A stretch of DNA of 64,000 bases, taken from positions 495,909 through 559,908 of the forward strand of contig CAYUSP010000001.1 in assembly GCA_964447405.1 (NCBI GenBank), in the 5' to 3' direction. This DNA is from an uncultured Nitrospiraceae bacterium (GTDB lineage Bacteria; Nitrospirota; UBA9217). The position numbers and the translations under genes are program-made. A model generated the notes under the pieces. The model saw nothing but the letters and a program-made list of their open reading frames with translations. It had not been told where the DNA came from and did not search any database. Below are positions 27,169 to 35,392 of the stretch, piece after piece. Position 1 is the stretch's first letter. Each line of letters opens with the position of its first letter.

Positions 27169-29157
27169 ATGAAACACGTTAAAAAACTAACAAAAGAACA
27201 TCTTCGAATTCTAAGACAATCGTCAATCAAGTTTGCTTTGCTTTCTGAAGCACGAGTGATTGATATCATGCAGCATCCACTATATGTGGCGACTCTGAGC
27301 GACGCCGAGCTTGTAGAATTCCTTAAGATCGCAAATGCATTATATAGAGGCGGAAGCCCAATAATCAGCGATGCGGAATATGAATCTGTCTATTTAGAGG
27401 AGCTCATAAAACGCAGTCCTCAGCACGAGTTTCTTAAGAACGTCGAGCCAGAGTCCGCTTTTGAGGGTGCAAAACTTGCCTTGCCAGTTCAAATGTATTC
27501 TACCGAGAAAAGAACGTCACAAAAGAGCATCGAAAGCTGGTTGGAAACGAAGCAAAAAGAAGCAAAAAAAATTGGATTGGATGTAAACGAACTTCGTATA
27601 AGGGTGACACCTAAACTCGATGGGTTTGCGGCATACGATGACGGAAATATTCTCTATACACGCGGTGATGGCAGGAGAGGGACAGATATAAGCCGAGTTT
27701 TCCGCAGAGGATTGTCAGTAGCTGGAAATATACGAGGCAAAGGGCCTGGCGAAATAGTCGTCGATAGGGAGTATTTTGAAAAATATTTGTCAGATCATTT
27801 TGAAAATCCCAGAAATTTTCAAGCGGCGATAATAAAAGAAATGACATTAGACCCTTATGTTGATGAGGCAATAAAAGAAAAGGCTGCTCTTTTCGTTCCT
27901 TTTTCTGAATTGCCTGCAAAGGAATTATCTATCGTGGAGATTAAAGAGCGATTTGCGGAAGTTGTTGAGCAAGTATGGAATTCTGTTCCATATGATGTCG
28001 ATGGTGTGGTTTTGGAAATTACTGATCTGCGGTTTAAGGAATATGTTAAGTCCACAAGCCAGCATCATAGATGGCAAGTTGCGTATAAGACGAATGTAGA
28101 AAAAGCCCAAGTTACAGTGATCTCTGTGACACCACAAACATCGCGTGCAGGTCGAATTACGCCTGTCGCTGAATTGGAACCGACTAAATTATCGGGAGTG
28201 AAAATATCTCGTGCAACTGCACACCACTATGGCATGGTGAAAGCAAAAGGTATTGGTCCAAACGCAGTAATTGAACTTGTTAGAAGCGGAATGGTAATTC
28301 CAAAAATTGAAAAAGTAATCCGTAGGTCGACACCTCAAATACCTGAGAACTGCCCAAGCTGTAATACTCTACTCTCTTGGGATGGTGATAATCTGATATG
28401 TACCAATGTGGGTGGTTGTCCGGCACAAATTATCAATACGATTGAGCATTTTTTTAAAACACTGAGGAATGTGGACGGATTCGGCATGGCAACTATTGAA
28501 AAACTGTATACACAGGGAGTAAGAACTATTTACGACATTTATACGCTTCAAGAGGACATGCTAAGATCCTTTGGTTTTGGCGAAAAGCAAGCTCAAAATC
28601 TTATTTCAGAACTTAATAGAAGCAAGACAGAATCGCTTGAAGATTGGCGATTTCTAGCGGCTTTTGGCGCACATCGGCTTGGGTTGGCAAGTTGTGAACA
28701 TTTATTAAAGCACGTTAAACTTAGCGACATTTTTACGATTTCCGTTGATCAGATTGTTACGAGAAAGATATTTGCAAATAAGACTGCCGAAATTATCGTT
28801 AGAGGTCTTCGTAATATTAAGACCGAGTTTACTAGAGTGTTCGAATTAGGTTTTAATCTGGATTATTCTATGTTGCTTTCAGAAATGAGGACGCAAGGAG
28901 TTATAAGTCCGATTACTGGAAAACAATTAGTTTTTACAGGCTCAATGCTGAATGGATCAAGATTTGAAATGGAAAAGAAGGCTAGGCTTCTCGGGGCTAA
29001 AGTCGGAAAGACGGTAACTGGGAGAACGGATTTACTTATTACTGGCAAGGATGTTGGAGCCAAGAAAATAGAATTAGCAAAAGCGAAAGGTGTTAAGGTT
29101 ATTACAGAACAAGAATATATATATTTGATTGCAAAGTATGTGGTTACTCAGCATTAG
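27169..29157 (+). CDS. Divergent NAD+-dependent DNA ligase (LigA-type: Ia + adenylation KxDG + OB + Zn finger + HhH + BRCT), low GC
   Basis: TPKLDGFAAYDDGNILYTRGDGRRGTDIS (motif I and RGDG), PGEIVVDREYF, DVDGVV, WQVAYK, Zn finger CPSC…C..GGC, a C-terminal BRCT, and an N-terminal Ia-like segment ISDAEYESVY. GC is about 40% against a 56% background. Confidence 0.8.
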   Translation: MKHVKKLTKEHLRILRQSSIKFALLSEARVIDIMQHPLYVATLSDAELVEFLKIANALYRGGSPIISDAEYESVYLEELIKRSPQHEFLKNVEPESAFEGAKLALPVQMYSTEKRTSQKSIESWLETKQKEAKKIGLDVNELRIRVTPKLDGFAAYDDGNILYTRGDGRRGTDISRVFRRGLSVAGNIRGKGPGEIVVDREYFEKYLSDHFENPRNFQAAIIKEMTLDPYVDEAIKEKAALFVPFSELPAKELSIVEIKERFAEVVEQVWNSVPYDVDGVVLEITDLRFKEYVKSTSQHHRWQVAYKTNVEKAQVTVISVTPQTSRAGRITPVAELEPTKLSGVKISRATAHHYGMVKAKGIGPNAVIELVRSGMVIPKIEKVIRRSTPQIPENCPSCNTLLSWDGDNLICTNVGGCPAQIINTIEHFFKTLRNVDGFGMATIEKLYTQGVRTIYDIYTLQEDMLRSFGFGEKQAQNLISELNRSKTESLEDWRFLAAFGAHRLGLASCEHLLKHVKLSDIFTISVDQIVTRKIFANKTAEIIVRGLRNIKTEFTRVFELGFNLDYSMLLSEMRTQGVISPITGKQLVFTGSMLNGSRFEMEKKARLLGAKVGKTVTGRTDLLITGKDVGAKKIELAKAKGVKVITEQEYIYLIAKYVVTQH

Positions 29158-29171
29158 AAGGGAAATAACCA

Positions 29172-29507
29172 ATGAATGAAATTGAATTTCTTGTGCAAGG
29201 TTCGGCACAATTTCCTTATAAAGTTCGATTCATCCGAAAAGACCTCAATAGTATTTCAATTACTTGCACATGCCCTGCGGGAGAGATGGGGCAAAGCTGT
29301 AAACATCGTCTAAGAATTCTCAGCGGAAGTGATGAGGGGATTGTAAGTGCAAACAAGACGGAGATTGCAAGCATTAAAGAATGGCTACAAAGTACTGGAC
29401 TTGAAGATGCTGTGAAAGACACAGTTAATGGTGAAAGGTGTCTTGAAGAGGCAAAAAAGAAACTGTCACTTGCCAAGAAAAAACTTGCAGCACTCATGCA
29501 CGGGTGA
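29172..29507 (+). CDS. Small SWIM zinc-finger protein
   Basis: The CTCPAGEMGQSCKH motif fits CxCxnCxH. 111 aa, low GC, with a C-terminal Lys-rich coiled coil. Confidence 0.5.
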   Translation: MNEIEFLVQGSAQFPYKVRFIRKDLNSISITCTCPAGEMGQSCKHRLRILSGSDEGIVSANKTEIASIKEWLQSTGLEDAVKDTVNGERCLEEAKKKLSLAKKKLAALMHG

Positions 29508-29515
29508 TTAATAGC

Positions 29516-30361
29516 ATGCGTCTCGGTTTCCATGTTTCCATATCAGGCGGCTTCGCCCTATCAGTTCAGCGGGCATTCGATCTTGGCTGCACCTGTATGC
29601 AGATCTTCTGCCGCAATCCGCGCGGCTGGACCGTGAAACCGCTCGATGCCGATGACATTGCGGAGTTCAAAAAACTGCGGCAGCAGCACGACATCGGCCC
29701 TGTGTTCGTGCATACGAATTACCTGATCAACCTCGCCTCGTCCAAACCCGATCTGTATCAACGATCCATTGAACAGTTCGTCATCGACCTGGAGCGCACC
29801 GAGGCCCTCGGCGCCGAGTACCTGGTGACCCATCTCGGATCTGCAAGCGGCCAGGATGTGGAGTGGATGATTGCCCGGGTGTCGGATGCTTTGAACCTGG
29901 CCATGAAGCTCCACCCGCCCAAGGCGATGATCCTACTGGAAAACACAGCTGGTGAAAAAGGGGACATGGGGTACACGTTCGAGCAGGTTCAAGAGGTCAT
30001 ATCCCGTCTTGATGCTTCAAAGAGAATCGGTATCTGCTATGATACCTGCCATGGATTTGCTGCGGGTTACGATATCCGGTCAAAGAGTTTACTGGACGGG
30101 CTTGCAAAAATAATCGATTCCACGGTTGGTCTGGAACGTTTGAAGGGGATGCATTTGAACGACTGCCTCAGGGAATTCAACTCGCGTGTGGACCGCCATT
30201 GGCATGTCGGAGAGGGTAAAATCGGATTGGATGGATTCAAAGCGCTGCTCAATCACCCGGCATTCAGGGAAGTCCCCAAGATTATGGAAACGCCGAAAGA
30301 AACCGAGGAAGATGATCCGAAAAACATGAAAGTTGTCAGGTCGCTAATTCGAACTAATTAG
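29516..30361 (+). CDS. nfo: Endonuclease IV (AP endonuclease family 2)
   Basis: MRLGFHVSISGG start, TIM-barrel Nfo pattern with conserved His/Glu/Asp metal ligands (HTNYLINL, HLNDC). Confidence 0.85.
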   Translation: MRLGFHVSISGGFALSVQRAFDLGCTCMQIFCRNPRGWTVKPLDADDIAEFKKLRQQHDIGPVFVHTNYLINLASSKPDLYQRSIEQFVIDLERTEALGAEYLVTHLGSASGQDVEWMIARVSDALNLAMKLHPPKAMILLENTAGEKGDMGYTFEQVQEVISRLDASKRIGICYDTCHGFAAGYDIRSKSLLDGLAKIIDSTVGLERLKGMHLNDCLREFNSRVDRHWHVGEGKIGLDGFKALLNHPAFREVPKIMETPKETEEDDPKNMKVVRSLIRTN

Positions 30362-30375
30362 ACGAGGGGGTGCCG

Positions 30376-30834
30376 ATGAAAATCCATGATTCAGCAGTTA
30401 TCGCGGTGATGTGTTTAGTGCTGGCTACCCAGGCATTTGCAGCAGGTCCAGACGACATCCTTGGAATCTGGAACAATCAGGAAAAGGAGGCAAAGATCGA
30501 GGTTTACCGATGCGGTCAGAAGTACTGCGGCAAGATCATTTGGCTCAGGATGCCCGACTATCCGGCAGGCTCGGTGGAGGGTGCACCCGGAACGCCCAAA
30601 CTCGACAATAATAATCCCGATCCGAATCTCAGGAGCAAACCGCGTCTGGGTCTGGAAATAGTATACGGATTCGCCTATGCGGGAGAGAACAGGTGGACAG
30701 ATGGCAAAGTCTATGACCCGAAGAGTGGAAAAACATACAGCGGAAAGATGACGCTGGTTTCTCCGGAACAATTGGATTTGCGCGGTTATATGGGGATATC
30801 ATTGTTAGGCAGGACCACCTCGTGGACAAGATAA
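30376..30834 (+). CDS. DUF2147 family periplasmic protein
   Basis: Signal peptide plus ILGIWNNQEKEAKIEVYRCGQKYCGKIIWL, which is typical of DUF2147. Confidence 0.6.
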   Translation: MKIHDSAVIAVMCLVLATQAFAAGPDDILGIWNNQEKEAKIEVYRCGQKYCGKIIWLRMPDYPAGSVEGAPGTPKLDNNNPDPNLRSKPRLGLEIVYGFAYAGENRWTDGKVYDPKSGKTYSGKMTLVSPEQLDLRGYMGISLLGRTTSWTR

Positions 30835-31003
30835 GGGTGTAACGAAAGTTGCGGATGCGGTTTGCTTACCCACCTTCCCGGTCTACAATAAAATCCAGTA
30901 TGGATTTTTCGGCATGCCTCTGGTATAGTACGCGCGATGCTATCCACCTGAATCAGTTGCGGTTTTGTGGCAGCTGTTCATCAACGCACTCAGAGCCTAT
31001 GGC

Positions 31004-31957
31004 ATGAAAATAGCCCTTATTCCTGAAAAAAAGATCTCATCCAGACGATACAGCGCGTTTGGTCCGTACATGAAAAATTTGTACGGACAGCCTGTGTATA
31101 AAGTGAACGTGGACGCGGGCTTTACCTGCCCGAACCGCGACGGATCTGTAGCAACCGGCGGCTGTATTTACTGCAACAACGACAGTTTCCGGCCCACAGC
31201 CTGCACGAGCGCGGCATCCATCCGTACGCAGATAGAGCAGGGCATACCCTATCTGCGATCGAGGTACGGCGCGCAGCGTTTCCTGGTCTATTTCCAACCC
31301 TATACGAATACCTATGCACCCGTTGATGTTCTGGAACGACTCTATCGAGAGGCTCTTGACAATCCAGGCGTCGTGGGTCTCGCTATCGGCACTCGTCCCG
31401 ACTGCGTGGACGAAGGCAAGATTGCTCTTCTTGAAAACCTTGCACGCGAACACTTTATCCTGGTTGAGTACGGGCTGCAATCCATCCATGATCGGACGCT
31501 GGCATTCATTAATCGGGGGCATGATTATGCCTGCTTCAAACACGCACTTTCCCTGACAGTCAATCGAGGGATCAGAGTCGGGGCTCATCTGATCCTCGGA
31601 TTTCCGACCGAGACGCGGGATGAAATGCTGCAAATGGCGGATGAACTATCCTGTCAGCCCATTGAGTTTCTGAAGATCCATCAATTGCAGGTTGTGCAAG
31701 GAACTGCGCTCGCTGATTTGTACGCACGCAGTCCGTTTCCAGTCCTTGCGTATGCGGAATATCTTGAGTTACTTGCGGAATTCTTGGACCGCCTTCATCC
31801 GCGGATCGTTCTGCAAAGATTGTTCGCAGCAGCGCCGGACGACATTCTGATCGCGCCGGTGTGGAACAAAACAAGAAGCGAGTTTCTCCGGGACCTGGAT
31901 ATTCGCCTTGAGGAAAGAGGGAGCCTGCAGGGCAGGCTCTGTGTGGCAATACGTTGA
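31004..31957 (+). CDS. Radical SAM protein, TIGR01212 (YhcC-like) family
   Basis: KVNVDAGFTCPNRDG…GGCIYCNN cluster. The start is uncertain (30965, 31004 or 31070). Confidence 0.7.
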   Translation: MKIALIPEKKISSRRYSAFGPYMKNLYGQPVYKVNVDAGFTCPNRDGSVATGGCIYCNNDSFRPTACTSAASIRTQIEQGIPYLRSRYGAQRFLVYFQPYTNTYAPVDVLERLYREALDNPGVVGLAIGTRPDCVDEGKIALLENLAREHFILVEYGLQSIHDRTLAFINRGHDYACFKHALSLTVNRGIRVGAHLILGFPTETRDEMLQMADELSCQPIEFLKIHQLQVVQGTALADLYARSPFPVLAYAEYLELLAEFLDRLHPRIVLQRLFAAAPDDILIAPVWNKTRSEFLRDLDIRLEERGSLQGRLCVAIR

Positions 31958-32030
31958 ATAGGCTGGATAGACTCATGGCCTGCTGCAGGTCGCTAATGTT
32001 TTGTTTCAAAGTTAACAGTGAGGTGCTCCC

Positions 32031-32699
32031 ATGATCGATCTCCATACTCACTCCCTCTTCAGCGACGGAGTGCTGGTGCCTTCTGAACTGGTCCGTCGGG
32101 CCGCAATGAAAGGATACGAAGTAATCGCTATCACGGACCATGCCGATGCGTCAAACCTGGACTTTACGATCCCCCGTGTGGCAGCCGCCTGCAAGGAACT
32201 GAACCGTCGTTGGAAGATCAAGGCGCTGCCGGGCATTGAACTGACGCACATTCCGCCGGAGACCTTCGATGAACTGACCAAACGCGCCCGTTCTCTTGGT
32301 GCTGTGATTGTGGTTGCCCATGGTGAGACGCTGGTGGAACCCGTGCATCCGGGCACGAACCGGGCGGCAATTGAAGCATGCGTTGACATATTGGCGCACC
32401 CGGGCATGATTACGATCGAAGAGGCTGCCCTTGCTGCGAAGAATGGCGTCTTTCTCGAGATCACTGCGCGTAAAGGGCACAGTCTCTCGAACGGCCATGT
32501 TGCGAGTGTCGCTGAAACCGCAGGGGCAAGGCTTGTTATTGATACTGACACCCATGAACCCGGAGATCTGATCGACGATGAGTTCGCAAGGAGCGTGCTG
32601 CTTGGAGCGGGGATAGACGGGTCGAAGGTCGCACAAATCATGCAGAATTCACGGGATCTCGTTGCCAGGGCGCTGTCAGTACAAACATCTATGCCATAA
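32031..32699 (+). CDS. PHP-domain (histidinol-phosphatase-like) metal-dependent phosphoesterase
   Basis: MIDLHTHSLFSDG N-terminus and conserved His/Asp ligands. Confidence 0.75.
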   Translation: MIDLHTHSLFSDGVLVPSELVRRAAMKGYEVIAITDHADASNLDFTIPRVAAACKELNRRWKIKALPGIELTHIPPETFDELTKRARSLGAVIVVAHGETLVEPVHPGTNRAAIEACVDILAHPGMITIEEAALAAKNGVFLEITARKGHSLSNGHVASVAETAGARLVIDTDTHEPGDLIDDEFARSVLLGAGIDGSKVAQIMQNSRDLVARALSVQTSMP

Positions 32700-32774
32700 A
32701 AGGCGAATTCACCTCATGCAATGCGCGAGAACGCATGGGTAAAGAGGGGATAAATACTTGGGGAGGTTTTACCG

Positions 32775-33485
32775 ATGCCGATTTCCAGAAAGAAGAAAGA
32801 TGTTGCAAAACACAATCATGAACAGGGAATCGAAACGATTATGCACAGAATCACCGACTTATTAACCCGCTATCAGAAGCAGGCTGCAGCGGTTGCGGCA
32901 GTTGTTGTTGTCCTACTGCTTGTCATCGCTGTCACCACCTACATGCGGTCACAGAACGAACGGAGTGCTGCGCCGATGGTCGCGGTGGCATACGAGGTCT
33001 ACAGCCCCGGCAACCAATCAGCACCGGATTATGGCAGAGCGCTGGGCATGTTCCGGGAAGTTCAAAAGAAGTACGCTGGCACCATGAGTGCAGCGATTGC
33101 TCAGTATTACGCCGGAAATTGCCTCGCAAACGCCGGTCGGAATGAAGAAGCACTCAAAGAATATCAGGCATTCACCAACGAATATTTCAAGGAAAAGTTC
33201 CTGCTCGGGCTGGTATACCAGCGAATGGGGGCACTGTATCAAGTCATGGGACGGCAGCAGGATGCGATCAAGACATACGAAATGTCAGAAGCTCTCATGG
33301 GTCCTGGGATCGCGACTGTGGAGATAGCGCGGTTGTACGAGAGTGCCGGGAACCTGGTGGATTCCAAACAGAAATACAAAACTGTGCAGGAAAAACTTGG
33401 AGGCACTGCATGGAGTAGGGAGGCCATGGGCAAAGTGCAGCTTCTTGCACCTGCGCCAGGCAGCAAAGAAGGTTCTGCGAAATAA
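32775..33485 (+). CDS. Membrane-anchored tetratricopeptide-like repeat protein
   Basis: An N-terminal TM helix with TPR-like helical repeats. It overlaps the next gene by 1 nt (TAATG). Confidence 0.55.
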   Translation: MPISRKKKDVAKHNHEQGIETIMHRITDLLTRYQKQAAAVAAVVVVLLLVIAVTTYMRSQNERSAAPMVAVAYEVYSPGNQSAPDYGRALGMFREVQKKYAGTMSAAIAQYYAGNCLANAGRNEEALKEYQAFTNEYFKEKFLLGLVYQRMGALYQVMGRQQDAIKTYEMSEALMGPGIATVEIARLYESAGNLVDSKQKYKTVQEKLGGTAWSREAMGKVQLLAPAPGSKEGSAK

Positions 33486-33955
33486 TGCTGCGTACAGCAA
33501 CGAAGCATGATAATACCATCACTGCAGTGTGCCTGATCATTTCGCTATTGTCCTTTTTGCTCACTGCTGGAGGATGCTCATCAGGCATTCCGAAGATAGA
33601 GGTCCAGGAACCGGAAGCCTGGATTTCACCGCTTATTATCGGTTCAGGATCCATATTCATGAAGATCGAAAATTCGGGAGACGGCAAGGATACGCTGATT
33701 GGCGCGGAACTGGATGTGCCCGGCTCACTGGTGGAACTTCATGACGTAGATGACCGGAAAATGATCAAAACCGACAGTATCACGGTCCCGGCAAAAAACA
33801 TCGTGCATTTGAGGCCTGCGGGCGTGCATATCATGGTCTTCAAACTGCCTAAAGAGTTGATAGGCGGCCGTCCCTGTACCTTGACCCTGATGTTCGCAAA
33901 GTCAGGAAGAATCAGCGTCCCCCTGCAGTTTAAAAGTAATGCAATTAACCGTTAA
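33485..33955 (+). CDS. Copper chaperone PCu(A)C (DUF461) family lipoprotein
   Basis: Lipobox LTAGGC, plus the MKIENSGD…LVELHDV…GVHIMVFKL pattern with the H..M Cu ligands of PCuAC. Confidence 0.65.
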   Translation: MLRTATKHDNTITAVCLIISLLSFLLTAGGCSSGIPKIEVQEPEAWISPLIIGSGSIFMKIENSGDGKDTLIGAELDVPGSLVELHDVDDRKMIKTDSITVPAKNIVHLRPAGVHIMVFKLPKELIGGRPCTLTLMFAKSGRISVPLQFKSNAINR

Positions 33956-34159
33956 AAAGAGGCTGGTATTAAACATCTAAAGTTATAATTTGGTGTTGAC
34001 GCGGACAAAAGCATGTGTTAGTTTACTTCACCTTCTAAAAGATAAATACCCTTTTTATAAAAGGAGGTGGTTCGAAAAAAGCACTTAGAATCAGAGCCGC
34101 ATATTTTAGAGTTCCATTGGGTTTAATTCCATTAACGATAAAGAACGGGGAGGAATGGC

Positions 34160-35308
34160 ATGATGAGAAAATTTGCATTGATCGCAGTAGTGATTATTGT
34201 AGTCTGCTTCACTTATTTGAGCTTTACCGCGGTTGACACCAGGACGCAGACTGCTGTTGCATCCGGCAATACCTACAGCGGAACCGTGTATGTTGCAGGG
34301 ATGGGCGGCCACTTTGCCAAGGCTGATGTAACAATTGACCCTAGCAATGCGAACGAGCCGGTGAAGGTGAACAGCCTTGATAAGGTTGATATCGGTGACA
34401 AAAAGACGCATCCGACCCATGATGCACGCATAGATTCCAATGATCCTAACATATTGTTCTGGTCAACGTATGTTCTTGACCCGAACAACAAGCAGCATGT
34501 AGGCAAGACCGATCTCAAAACCGGCAAAGTGATCAAGGACGTCGCAATGAGCCCGGATGCAAGCGCTCCCGGCACGAAGCCCCCGATCTATTGCGCTTCC
34601 GGCCAGAGCAAAAACTTTTATATGCCCGTGTTTATGGGCATGGAAGGTTACATTGATGTGTTTGATAAAGCCACACTTACCCATAAGGAAAGGGCATGGG
34701 TCAGTGATCTTGGCTACGAAAAAGGAACCTACAAGTTCACGCACGGTATCAACTCTCCGGACATGAAGACCTTCCTCGTGGTTCTGAACCAGGCCAAGGA
34801 CGGCAAAGGCAACGGCAACATTGATTTCATTCTTGTGGATATGGCATCGCTGGAAAAAGGGAAACTGAAGAAAATCGCAAAGGCCACCTTGAAGGGCGAG
34901 CCGGATAAGACTATCACCTTCCGCCAGTATTTCTCCAATGATGGCACCAAGATATTCCAGTCAGCGGGCGACCGCCTCTGGGTACTTGATGCAAAGACCC
35001 TTGCTCTTATCGACGAGAAGATGCTGCCAGCAGGAAACCAGATCCATGATGCACAGCCGACCGCTGATGACAAGTTCGCGCTCCTGACCGTACGCACGGT
35101 CACGGCGGGCTGCGATGCGGATGGCAAGGCGATCGTAAAAGAAGGCAAGGGCGTTGACATCACCGATGGCACGTTTATGCTGTATGATATTACCGCGAAG
35201 ACGCTGAACGACAAATCCACCTCGACCTGCCTGGCCTGCCACAAGAACATGGGGCTTGGCGACAAGAACGCAGTCCTCTGCGGTCTTGACACCAACTGGA
35301 AGAAGTAG
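34160..35308 (+). CDS. Periplasmic/secreted beta-rich (propeller-like) protein with a C-terminal monohaem CxxCH motif (CLACHKNM)
   Basis: It has a signal anchor, one CxxCH about 25 aa from the C-terminus, and a GGGGAGGAA Shine-Dalgarno sequence. It belongs to no family I can name. Confidence 0.6.
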   Translation: MMRKFALIAVVIIVVCFTYLSFTAVDTRTQTAVASGNTYSGTVYVAGMGGHFAKADVTIDPSNANEPVKVNSLDKVDIGDKKTHPTHDARIDSNDPNILFWSTYVLDPNNKQHVGKTDLKTGKVIKDVAMSPDASAPGTKPPIYCASGQSKNFYMPVFMGMEGYIDVFDKATLTHKERAWVSDLGYEKGTYKFTHGINSPDMKTFLVVLNQAKDGKGNGNIDFILVDMASLEKGKLKKIAKATLKGEPDKTITFRQYFSNDGTKIFQSAGDRLWVLDAKTLALIDEKMLPAGNQIHDAQPTADDKFALLTVRTVTAGCDADGKAIVKEGKGVDITDGTFMLYDITAKTLNDKSTSTCLACHKNMGLGDKNAVLCGLDTNWKK

Positions 35309-35336
35309 TAATCTGAAATCAAAGAATGAACTAACA

Positions 35337-35375
35337 AACCTTCTCTGCGGGGCTTCCCGTGGAGAAGGTTTTTTT
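35337..35375 (+). terminator. Rho-independent terminator after the 34160 gene
   Basis: aaccttctc…gagaaggtt stem followed by ttttt. Confidence 0.65.
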
Positions 35376-35392
35376 ATGCTATTATAATAATC

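Noticed and set aside
26531-29506. Possible short direct repeats (ATGCACG) at both island boundaries as attachment-site remnants
   Set aside because: Only 7 nt match, and both copies lie inside coding starts or ends. That is too short to distinguish from chance.
29504-29515. Upstream ATG (MINSM…) for nfo that overlaps the SWIM gene stop
   Set aside because: Nfo proteins begin directly at the MRLGFHVS… equivalent, so the 29516 start is more plausible. The composition shift also falls at this boundary.
34160-35308. Interpreting the 382-aa propeller-cytochrome as a small NosZ
   Set aside because: It is far too short for a NosZ propeller plus CuA domain. The C-terminal site is CxxCH haem-type, not a CuA C-x3-C-x3-H-x2-M.
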